Positions 26,186 through 37,286 of a DNA stretch of 64,000 bases are shown piece after piece. Position 1 is the first letter of the stretch, and every line of letters starts with the position of its first letter. The DNA is from Patellaria atrata CBS 101060. Its lineage: Eukaryota. Below the pieces are notes generated by a model that was given only the letters and a program-made list of their open reading frames with translations, had not been told where the DNA came from and did no database searches. The stretch covers positions 818,011-882,010 of the forward strand of contig MU006089.1 in NCBI GenBank assembly GCA_010093705.1, written 5' to 3'. The translations under genes and the position numbers were made by a program.

Positions 26186-26459
26186 TGTGCGTGGTTTGAA
26201 ATTCTGGTAGGAGTGTGGGGTTTCGGGTTTTCTTTTGGAGGATGAGAGGAGGGGATTGAGGTGTAGTGGTGCGATCTTGGGTTGGAGCTGTGTATTCTTG
26301 ACGAATTGAGAGCCGGGAAGAATTGAGGAAAGTTTCGATGCCCTGCATATGCAGGTGGAGAAAAGGTTTCGCCGATGAAGCGTGAGATCCGCGGGGGTTG
26401 AATGGCTGTGTTTGGGTTGTTTGCAAGAGTTCTTGTGAGTACGTAGTTGTATAAAAACT

Positions 26460-27610
26460 CGACATTTTTTTTGGTCTTTTCTCAATTTTGAGTAGATTAG
26501 TAATTGAAACGGTTATTCGAGATCGCGAGAAGATATCTTGAAGATTCATGTGCGATATGATATTTTGGATATGAAGTGTTGGAGTTCAGTTTCCCTTGAT
26601 CGCACGGACTATATTCGAAAGCTTGGCATAAATTGTGGTAAACTCTCGTCAGGACATGGTCTTGAACGGCAACATTTTTTTTGGTCTTTACTCAATATTG
26701 AGTTTTGAGTAATTCACACGATTATTTGAGATCACGATCAAAAATCTCGAAGGTCCATGTGCGATATGATATTTTGGATAGGAAGTGTTGAAGCTCAGTT
26801 TTCTCTAAATCCCCGTCCAATCACCTGCAGTATCAAGGCGTGATGTGTGAACGCACGGGCCATATTCGATATCTTGGCATAAAGTAGATATCAATAATAC
26901 GTTCTTAAAACACTTGATTTTTTTTTTTAGTTTTTGCTCAATATCTGGTATATGAGCAAATGACACGATTTTTCGAGATCACGATGAAAAATATCGCAGA
27001 TGCGTGTGTGATATAATATTTTGGATAGGAAAAGTTTCAGTTTCAGTGAAAAAGAGTTGCGTGCGCACACGGACCACCTGGGCCATGCACAAAATCTTAG
27101 CACAAGTTAACCGAGACTGGATATCACCTCAGTATCCGTTCTTAAACACTCGATTTTTTTATTTGATCTTTGCTTAATATTCGATATATGGTTAATTAAC
27201 CCGATTATCTAGGATCACGACCAGAAAATGTCGAAGATTCATGTGCGGTAAAAGTATTTTGGATAGGAAAATTTGGAACTTCAGTTTCTATTTATATTCC
27301 CATCAGTATCGCACCTGAAATGGAAATCGTGCGGATGCACAGGCCATACCCGAAATCTTGGCATAAATCAGATATCCAGGCGCAAATATAGGTTCTCAAA
27401 TGCACCAATTTTTTTTAGTCCCTTGCTTCACGGCTGGTACAGGAGTGCTGAAACATAGTTATCTGAGATCGCGGTAGAAAAAAATCTTGAAAATTCATGT
27501 GCGATATGAATTTTTGGGATATTGAAATTTAGTTTCACTTTAAGGAAATCAGACGTGAACAAAGATCGCGTGAACGCGCGAGCCATATCCAAAATCTTGG
27601 CATGAAAAAT
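26460..27610. repeat. Five-copy degenerate tandem array of ~210-255 bp non-coding units
   Basis: Anchor CATGTGCGATATGATATTTTGGATA (or variant) at 26547, 26756, 27003, 27240 and 27496. Each unit also has a poly-T start, GAGATCRCG, TCAGTTT and a second block GCCATATTCGAAATCTTGGCATAAA (or variant). Confidence 0.92.
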
Positions 27611-27734
27611 GTTATAACGAAAGAGACCTTATTACAAAGTAAGATGGGAACTCTATAAATGGTTTCTTCATCAAAATGGATATCCTTTGAATTACAGGAC
27701 ACATATATACCGCAGTACTACTATTACCCTGCAT

Positions 27735-29473
27735 CTAATACTTCCCACCACACGGCAAATTTATCATCGCCGCACTCGAATCCGGCACCTGCACCGTCAC
27801 GAAACCCGTCTGTCCAATATACTCGATTCCCCCTGTGCTCACGTTCCCCAACAGCACCGGCTTCCCATTCTCCAGCTCGTAATTGTAACTATACCCATCC
27901 CACGTAATCCCCGTAATCGCATCACTCCCGTTCGCCATGAGCCTATTCACGATTCCGACCCCCGAGCAATTCGTCGGCACCGAAAACGTGTATTCCGAAT
28001 AGGGACGGGACTTAGCTGTGGCGCCGGCCGTGTAGTTGTACGACTGCATATTGATCACCATGATACGCTTGAGGACCCTGTTTTCGTAAGCGGCATAGGC
28101 CGCTTCGGTATCCTTCTCCATCACGATGTGCCTGACCTGGACTTTGTTCTTGACTAAGTTTCCTAGGAATGCAGCGACGGCGATACTGCCGTAATACGGC
28201 GCTTTGGTACCCTTAGGCACGTCCTTGGTGTCTATGGGCTGCCATGCTGCGTAGCGGTAGTTGGTCCCTTGGTGCATGTACACGGCTTGGATATCGTTGC
28301 TTGCACAGTACAAGTTGAAATCGACGCCCCAGAGAGCTGCTCCGAAGCTGTTGGAGAGGCCTGGGCGTCCTTGATTGTACAGTGAGTTTGTCTCGCCGAG
28401 GATGAAGGGTAGGCCGTAGGGGCGGAGTTGGTTCTTGACAGCGACTTGCTTGTTCACGCTGTTCATTGTGGAAGCGTGGTTCATGAGGGTTCCTTGAAGG
28501 GTTACGCCGGGCTGGGTGGCACCGCCGATATAGCTAGACCAGATTAGCGGAGTCCTGAAAGGGGTAATTTCGGACTGTACTTGTGAGATGATATCAAAGC
28601 GATATTTTCATCATCAGTCAACCCACTTTGGAATGTCTTGAGCGGCTTCAAGCTGTTGCTCACTCCAGCAAAAGATGGAGCCATCCAGTTTGTACCAACG
28701 AGTTCGGGGCAAGCTTGTGCTACAGCACGATCTACAGCCCTTGTTCCATCAAACCATTCCTTCACATAGTCCGCTTCGGTCCAGCTCGAAGGCCTCACAA
28801 TTCCTTGGGCAGAGGTCTTGAACAGGTCAGGCTCATTGCCTAGTTCCCAATACAGTAGTCTACCACCACTTAAAGCTTTGCAAGCAAGAGCAGCAGTCGC
28901 AAGGAGTGTCTTGCGTCCCACAGTACCGTTCTTCCCAAGATTGAAACCATGAACGTATCTGGTATTGGTAAAAGTTCGATAAGACTCAAAGTAGGACGGT
29001 CCAATAGTAAGATCATACGGATAGTCCGGAGATCTAGAAGGTATTACGATCCCTCTCGTAGCTGTCGGAAGCTCAGCATCATAAAGTGCATAGTCTCTAT
29101 TCTCGTTAAGGGGGAACCAGCTGCGTCGACTCTTTACTTACTGTGTGTTCCCTCCAACGCGGATATTTGGTTTCGACCCACTCAACGCTGCAATATTGTT
29201 CAGAAGATTCTCGGAAAATGTGTTTGGTTGTGACAAGTTTCCTGCGAAGTCTGGAAAAAAGGCGAACTCGATTGAATATGAAACAAATGATGGTAAGACT
29301 GTAACACTTGCTCCCTCTGCATTGCCAGGCACAGATATTTTCTTCCCTGTGGGCGTTGGGACCGGCTGAAGATGTCCACTAAGAAAGCTTTCTGTGGCTG
29401 GAAGTGCATGCACGAGTGCAGCGTAAAGAGTACATGAGCTCCAAAGAGGCCAAAAGGATCGAAGAGACTTCAT
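27735..29473 (-). CDS. Secreted glycoside hydrolase family 79 (beta-glucuronidase-like); multi-exon
   Basis: Signal peptide; 'SFVSYSIEFAFFPDFAGN', 'IRVGGNTQ|DYA', acid/base motif 'WELGNEPD', nucleophile motif 'FILGETNS', 'SNSFGAALWGVDF', 'MHQGTNYRYAAWQP', 'APYYG'. Confidence 0.93.
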
Positions 29474-30050
29474 CGTCTTGTCACAATAAACACGGAGCTC
29501 TGCAAGTCGAGCTGCTGCACCAGCCAATAAAAGGCGACAAGACTATGTAGAACGACTAAAACGATAGTGCTCTTCACTCACTCCCTTCTATTCTCTTATT
29601 GTGATGTTACCAATTTACCTACCTTTCCTTGCTCCCTTTATAATTATATTTCGGCAGTAAAATAAGTTGCGAATAAGTCAAATTACTCAGTACAACCTCC
29701 CCGCATTTCCATGGAAGGATAAATTGCCTGCATCCCCAATTCTATGCTGTGCATATATGCGGAGTACGAAGCGGCCCCTGTGGATGCGCTGCAAATATCA
29801 GCCGAGACCATCTTTTCGCCCATATAATTCACCGTTTACTGTTTTAGATCTCTTTCTTGGTAATTGAAACCTGCAGTTAGCTACTACGCGGCACTTCTTT
29901 TTGTAAGTTCACGGAATACTACCGCAGCTATTTGTCACACAGAACTGTATACTTTGAACAACCGTACTACCGCTGGAAGCATATTTTACTACTTGACGGG
30001 CGGAGTCGTCGCCATTTTCCTAGAAATGCAAGACAGTGTCTTTAAAAGGG

Positions 30051-33000
30051 TCAAAACTTGTATTTAGGACAGACCATAGTACCGTAAACCCAGTTCCACA
30101 GTTTTCGAAAGTACTTCTCGTCCAGAGGCCGCAGGTTGGCGATGGCGGGTGTCACCTCCACGGTTCGAGATAGAGAAAATACCGGACGGCGTTCGTCACC
30201 CGACGGAGTATCTGTATCCTCTCTCTGTCCGTATGCATCATTCCAAAGTCCATAAAGTTTAAGTGACGGATGATCTGATGTTGACTTGTGCGCCTCTGCT
30301 AACGCTTCAAGCCAATCTGCAGGGGTAACGATTTCAAATCTTTCTTGCGTCTGCAGCCAGTGCAGAAAATCCATCCAGTCAGGCGACGGCTCTTGGTTCA
30401 GAATATGATAGATTTTCGCGTTTTGTTTCAATTCATCGTTTTGACTTGTGGCTGATGTTGCCTGTATAATAGCTGTAGATGCAGTATCAACCGGTAACCA
30501 GTCCAGTGGCTGGTTCACTAGAGCGGGAAGTTTCCCGGTTAGCCTAACCGTACTTAACATCAACGGCCAAGCTTCTTTTTCATTCCAAATTCCACGTTTT
30601 GTATCACCGGATAGTTGCCCAACCCGGAAGATGAATACATGCCCTCGTAATCTGGTTTTCTTATGAGCAGAGAAACATATCTGTTCTGCTACCCATTTGG
30701 ACCTTGAATACCCTAGTGATGAGGCTGCCGAAGGATCTTGCGAAATTTCCTCCCGTATTTGTTGCTTTTCTTGGTTTCGAATTACACTTGCTATGGATGA
30801 GCAGTAACAGAATTTTGGCGGCGTTTTCCTAGGCGATCTGAGGGCGAGATTGATAAGATTTCGAACACCTGATGTTGCTGCATTAGCTCGTTTCCTATTA
30901 TCAAAGAAACATTTACCCACCAGCGATATTATCTCTCACAAAACTCCGTAACCGAAGCCGAAAATTGACTGTCCAGGCTACATGCATAATGATAGTGGCT
31001 TCGTGGACAACCTTTTCGTATACTTGAGGCGAGAGACCAAGATTAACTTCACTTAGTTCGGCTTGTAGTACGATAATCTTATCGTTGATCGGGTTTCGAC
31101 CGTCTAGACCTCTGAACCCTTTGCTTTTCAATGCTTTATTAATTCGTTCTTTTGCCGCGTGAGCGTCTGCTCCGCGAACGAAACAATAAATTCTCGAGAT
31201 TTTATTCGAGCGGCGGTAGATATCCAGGATATGTGATCCCAAAGCTCCAGTAGCCCCAGTCAACACCTAAGGTGAGGTTAGTAACCGGTATCCTGAGGAC
31301 GTGCGAATACTTACAACAACATCACATATGTCCCCATCCTGGAAATCATCCATTTCAATATGGTTATAGATCGCAGAGTCAAACGTGCCGAACTGATCTA
31401 CAAGATTAAGCATGAGTTGGCCCTCATCGTCAACGGGATCTCGAGACCCATCTCGAGTTCTCCGAAAGTAATTCACCAGTCTAGTTTAGATAAGCGTTGC
31501 GCTTGAAACTTGGGAACTTATGGCTTTTGGCATACTCTGAGATCGTTCCGCAGTCCTCAACAATTGTGAGTGGTAGCTCGTTAGCTTTCTCTGGAAGTAG
31601 CTATATCTCGTCGTTAAATCAATTCATATAAGACCAAAGATTAGATTATAAATGAGAACATACTTCTCTTAGTCGATGTCTTACTTGCATACAAGCAATA
31701 GAATCGATTCCATACGAAAATAGGTCATCTTCCATTGATAGTGGGCCTCGTTGCGGAATTATCGACTCAATGATTTGTAAAATGGAGTTCTCAAGGCGTT
31801 GGTCATCAAGGGTGTTTGCTGTACATTGACTAGGGGTCGAATATGCTGCTTCAATCACTTGCGAGTACTTCTCTAAAGCCATGTTTCTCAAAACTGTACC
31901 TTTGCTGCTTTTCTCTAATGCATTATCAAGGTATGACATTGGTATTAGCATGTCCATGGGGATTTGCGCGTGTGATTGGCTTTCACTGTTCAGTCTTTCT
32001 ATAACAGGTTTCAAGCGAGCAAGGAGCTCTGCGTTCTTGAGATGAGCAGATTTCTCTGATCGGAAAAGAAGTGCGCCTGGGAATGGCTTATCGCTTCCAA
32101 ATATCAGCACATCGGCGACCTCCTCAGAAGCTGCAATAGCTGATTCCAGGGGCGCGGGGTCAAACTTCTTCCCGGTGAGGAGGGTCAATTGTGAGTCGGC
32201 GCGAGAGTGATAAATCCATGCATTTGGAATCCGGGTGTGAGCTTTAAAGAGGTCTGATGTTGCGAAAGATCCATCCGGACGGTTCTTTTTCGCCTATGAT
32301 GAATCAGTTACTTGGGCCGGAGAATTCTGTTTACTTCACATTACCATATATGGCCACTTAGGCATGACGATGAGCTCCGAGGTGCCATCACACCGTTCTT
32401 CAAATTTGAGAACATCAGGAATACAAAAGTTACGTAAATATTGCCATTCCTGATCTCGTCTATAATCCCGATGAGACGAGAGTAGAAAGCCACATTCAGC
32501 ACTCCCAAATCGTGATACAAGATTAACGCCTTTCACAATAAGTCTATCACCTGTTTCACGTGGTAGGGCGGCACCTCCTACGCCAACAATATCCATGGCC
32601 TCGAGATACCGAACCCCATCATCGTCGTCCTCTAGAACTTGCAAAACGTAAGGAACTGAAGAGAAATATTTGATAGGGTACATCATCTCGGCTCCGTTAC
32701 ATGCAGACGCAGCTTGTAGACAACGCACGATATTCCTAGCTGTTATTGGCATATTTTTGCCGGGGAAAAGCCAGATTAGTGAGTCGCTTGTCCATGCTCT
32801 GAATAGGTCTGCAATACCACCATGATATAGAGGTGTTGTTGTGAACGTTGCCTTACGGCTATTGCGGAAATGGGGTAGCACACCGACTCCAGCACTGTGC
32901 GTCTGAGGTATTGGTTTCGGTAGACCTGTGGAGGTACCCGAAGTGTGGTGGATGTATGCAATGGCTGTAGAGTCTATTTCAGGGGAGGCAACTATGGCCT

Positions 33001-33559
33001 CTACGGTAGAGCGAGCGAGTTCCAAGATCTCCCGATTATCCAAGATTTCTCCAATGGAATGAAGGTTGAGCTCAGTACTTGACTGTGTGAACATGCTAGC
33101 TGCTGCTGCTTTGACCTGCGCATTATAGATATCATCGTAGAAAACATCAGATACATTACAGGTGTTACAAAGGTGACTAATAGCTGAGGGCTGGCATTGG
33201 GGCGCGAGAATTAAGACAGGATGGCCCAATCGCATCAGGGCAAGCCACACAAAAAGAAACTCAGGGGTACTGCGACATAGTAAAGCTACAGTCTGTCCTT
33301 GTGACGCACTTCCACGCATTTGTTTCAATAAAACGTCTGCTATGTTCTGAGAAGCATTGAATACGTCAAGGAAAGTTAGGATGTGGTGATGCCACAGTTT
33401 AGAAGGGTCAGAGTGTGCTTCAATGAAACCAACAGCCGGTTGATTCCCGATATCTGTTGCCTGGGTATCGATGAAATGATTGATGGATTTGAAATCAGGA
33501 CGTGTTTTATTGAGGGCAGCTGCTTGACCCAGCGTACAGACGAAGTAATTGGTATCCAT
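30051..33559 (-). CDS. NRPS-like A-T-R enzyme (carboxylic-acid-reductase type); multi-exon
   Basis: A domain 'YIHHTSGTSTGLPKPI', 'TTPLYHGG', 'GVGGAALP', 'SRFGSAECG', 'FATSDL', 'HSRADSQLTLLTGKKFDPAPLE'; T domain 'DLFSYGIDSIAC'; R domain 'LTGATGALGSHIL', 'GYSRSKWVAE', 'RVGQLSGD'. Confidence 0.93.
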
Positions 33560-33967
33560 GGAGAACAGATGTTAGGACTTGAAGTGAATAGAAACTGGGA
33601 AGGTGAAAAGGATAGAGAGAAAAAAGAGAAGACTCCCATATACTATACCTTAATTGTGTTCTTGAGGCCATCTCGGTTCTCCTCGCTCATCTACATCTGC
33701 TTTACCTTGTTGTTGTCGTCACGAGCGAACAAGATGGGAGATGAGAGTGGAGCCAGGGGTTTCTACGGAAGTACATACAATACGGTACACCAGGTACAAC
33801 CTAATACAGTAGGATTACGTAAGAATGCACGACCCCAGTATCTCATCCCACCTATCCAAGGCTTAGATTCTACAGAAAATCGCGGGTGTACCTTTAATCA
33901 TGCTAATACTGTTTTCTTATTATCGACCAAGAAGTTTTCAGTCCGAAGAACTGTGGAGCCCTCCGCG

Positions 33968-34992
33968 ATGACCTCCCAGGCTGACCTTGGCCGATTGCAA
34001 AAGAAGATTTGGGATGGCTCTATACCGCTCGAGATACGGCTCGCGAGCTCGGAGTGTAGGACATTTGATCAGTCAGACGCGTATATGGTAAATATTTATT
34101 GATTTGCACCTGTATTCTCTTACTCCTGCTAATATATCCAACCCAGATCCAATATCCTCGTCTCTCGTATCTTCCATTTCTGCTTGCCCGTCTCCATGCC
34201 TTCTTCTCGTCCTTTCTTATCAACCCAGATGTCTCCCCCTCGGATGGGTGGCTTTCGTATGAAGATGTGCCACTGAAGTGGCATTACCCTCTCGGTCTTC
34301 TATACGACCTTTATTCGGGCGCTGAGCCTAATCACGCTCAACGTTCCTCAAACATAACTGATCCTACACCTGAGCTGCTAACTGAAGAGGCCGAAGACAC
34401 AGAATGCCGACCTGGACAGTTACCTTGGCGTCTTACTCTCCACTTCACTGATTGGCCTTCTGATCAGCTCATCCCTCTTGATGCAGAGAGAAAGTTTCAG
34501 CAGGACACCTTTATGCACAGCGTCAAGGAGGCAGGGTTCTTACGCTATGGGAGCGCGAAGGTTGTCACGTCCTTGAGCAAGGATGACTCCACTCAATTGT
34601 GGAATTCAGTCGAAACACACAATCTGTATATGTTCAATACTATCAATCAGAAACTCATTAACCCACCTGGCTTCGGGATGAAACACGTCCCGATGAAGAT
34701 ATATCTTCCTAGCACAGCACCAACTACAGTATCAGACAATAATATTGCTGGCTCTCTGCGGATAGTGCAAGCACCGGTTTCACCAAACCTTTCTTCTCGG
34801 CAGACACAGACAGTGGGAACGGCTCTCCACAGTCTAATACCGTCACTGTTTCCAAGCAGACGTAGCCCGCTGCTCGCACAAGCTATCTTGCATGGTGCAG
34901 TCCTACCATTGGGAACACCTTTAGAGGAACTATCCAAAGTCGCAGCTTACGCGGATGGCTTTCTTCACTTCACTGTTTGTATGATGGGATAA
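33968..34992 (+). CDS. ATG5: Autophagy protein 5
   Basis: 'LQKKIWDGSIPLEIRLA', 'PRLSYLPFLL', 'VPLKWHYPLGLLYDL', 'LPWRLTLHF', 'FMHSVKEA.FLRYGSAK', 'YADGFLH'. Intron 34088-34146. Confidence 0.96.
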
Positions 34993-35095
34993 ATGTACTT
35001 GGCTTGATTACTGTCCTATCGAAGTTCAACCAACTCGACAGGACGGATGCTTCTATTGCAGATTCCCCATTATTTGAGGTATAACATTACTCTCT

Positions 35096-36594
35096 TCATG
35101 AGAAGGTGATCCTCTTCTTGGTAAGACCTTGGAATATATCCTCTAATCCCTGCCTCTTCTTCTTGTTATCTTGTTCAGCGGCTTCAATCTCGGCTTCCTC
35201 CTCGGCATCGGCGATCTTATCCTCGATTGTCTGCGGCTTCCAGGCTCGGATAGTCCCATCCGCATGTGCTGAATACACCTCGACATTGTCAGCTCTCCAA
35301 GCTAGTGAAGTTGTACGATTTTTAACTGTCCGTTGCCCTGATCCTGCTTTAATAGTACTGATTGCAATCCCTCCTCCTTGAGGACGAAGCCGGCGCATTA
35401 ACTTCCCTTCGAACATCTCGTAGACTAGGATTTCGCTCGGGTTGGGAAAGAAAAGGATATCCTTAGTAGGAGGGACAAGGGACTTTGGTGCAATGAGCGG
35501 AATTAATGCGGAAAGATGGGAGTTCTTGACTAAGGGTCCGAAGCTAGCAAGCGTGTTTGCACCGGTATCAGTGTTCCATACTCGTACCCGCTGATCATGC
35601 CCTGTGGTAACAAGATGACGGCCATCTTCTGACCATACAACACCATTAACGACCCCAGAGTGCGCCTTCCCTCGTCCCCTGGGGCGTGCGCTTGTACCCT
35701 TTCCATCATACCCATGTATTCCGACAGCGTCTTCCATATCGAGAACACCAAGTTCACTAGCGCTCCGCCTGATGTCCCAAAATCTCACCGTACCATCTGT
35801 ACCACCGCTCGCCAGTATATAGTCATCCACTGGACTCCATGCTACGGATACTACAGCCCCACTATGGCCGACCAAAGCATGAGAACTTGCTCCAGAGTTG
35901 AGATCCACGAGACGGATAGTGGGGTTTTGCGTAGCACAAGCGACTAGTAGATGTTGAGCTATTGGCGACATATCATGCGAATAGACAATCGATTCGAGGT
36001 TGAAAGTGGCAGATGAGGTCAGAGTCTCGGAAGAGTGTATTTTTACCGTATGATCGTAGGAGGAAGAAAGGAATGCCAGAGAATCAAAGGGATAGTACGA
36101 TAGGTGGGTGATACCAAACCTATGCTGGGACGATGTTCTGTAATGTAAAGGTATTAGAACCTTGCGGGAGTATTGGTGGATCAGTTTGTGAACCACACCT
36201 CTGAACCGACTCAAGCGGACGGTATATTGAAGGGTCGGAAGTCTCTGACCAAGCCTCCAAGTCCCATATTGATATTGATGAGTCTGAACCGCCGGATAGA
36301 AGACTGTACGAATATATTAGTGCCTATATCGCATACAGTTTTCCAATCTTAGCGAACGCACTATCTGCCTTCGAACTTATCGATCGCAATCGAACTCACA
36401 CCGGCTGCATGCGCGACCGTATTGACGCCGTCGTCGTTGGTGGTCTTATCATCATCGGATGCAGTGCGTTTTATTTGATTCGTGAAACGGGTGCTTGTGG
36501 GCTGCAAGGCATGGAGGAGGGTGGTTGTCTGTTCCCGTTGGAATTCCTGTGGGGCACTGACACCAAGCGAGCGGTTCAGCAGAGAGGCATTCAT
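35096..36594 (-). CDS. RAD28: CSA/ERCC8 (Rad28/Ckn1)-like WD40 DCAF protein for transcription-coupled repair
   Basis: 'AHAAGVSSIAIDKFEGR|..LLSGGSDSSISIWDLE', 'HRFGITHLSYYPFDSLAFLSSSYDHTVK', 'IRLVDLNSG', DWD-type box 'LASGGTDGTVRFWDIRRS'. Confidence 0.88.
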
Positions 36595-37286
36595 GCAAGT
36601 TATCCTGTTCCCGTTTCTAGCGGGCTCGCTAGAATACCATATGAGAGGAGATTATGCTGGACTTGGTAGAGTGGACTACCTTAGAGCCGGGAGGTTGGAG
36701 TCAGAAGCGCGAAAGACGGAAATACCTTTGTCAGCGGAGCGAATTCACGTGATGACGTTTATTCCATCTGCCCCTCATCAGATGGGATCGATTGGTTCTA
36801 GGGTCATAATCGTTAAGGTTGTTGACATATTTACCTGTATGTTGTCTCTTCGACAGTGGGACGGGAAGAATTTACTTAACACCTCAACCTCTAACCTAAG
36901 TGCTCACAGAAAACTTCACAGGATGTCAGATCTTCCCATCTTCGCCTCTTCAAGAAATCATGATCCCACGTGATCATTTCTTTCATAGCTACGCGTCACA
37001 TCCCTACCCCTCCAGAGCAAGGCTTCGACATAAATTTCCTACTATCTTACCCATTCTCACGTATTCAACTCCGTAATCCTTAAACTCCGACTATACACCG
37101 CTAATCCTCACTCTATTATTCCCCTATAAAACTTATTCACTCAGTGCGCTTTGTTCCGTGAATATCTCGAGAATCAAACCGTCGAATTGAAAGTGTGAAG
37201 TAAATCATCCAAGGATACCGTATGTCTGTTTAACAGTCGCACCTTCCACGCTTCTAACTATTGCCCTAAAGGAACGTGATTCAGTC

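Noticed and set aside
25959..26549. 196-aa alternative-frame ORF and N-terminal extension over RRP17
   Set aside because: No recognisable motifs. Openness is explained by skewed composition, and family similarity starts at MPPPRKR (26185).
26460..27610. CRISPR-like interpretation (conserved repeat plus variable spacer)
   Set aside because: Eukaryotic context, repeats far too long and diverged, irregular spacer lengths and no cas genes.
27735..33559. Secondary-metabolite gene cluster around the NRPS-like gene
   Set aside because: No tailoring enzymes, transporter or pathway regulator nearby; apart from GH79 the flanks are housekeeping genes.
33383..34102. 239-aa + strand ORF as an extended ATG5 or a separate gene
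   Set aside because: Its 5' part is antisense to the NRPS-like start and crosses the promoter; only the last ~40 codons (MTSQADL..) look like ATG5.
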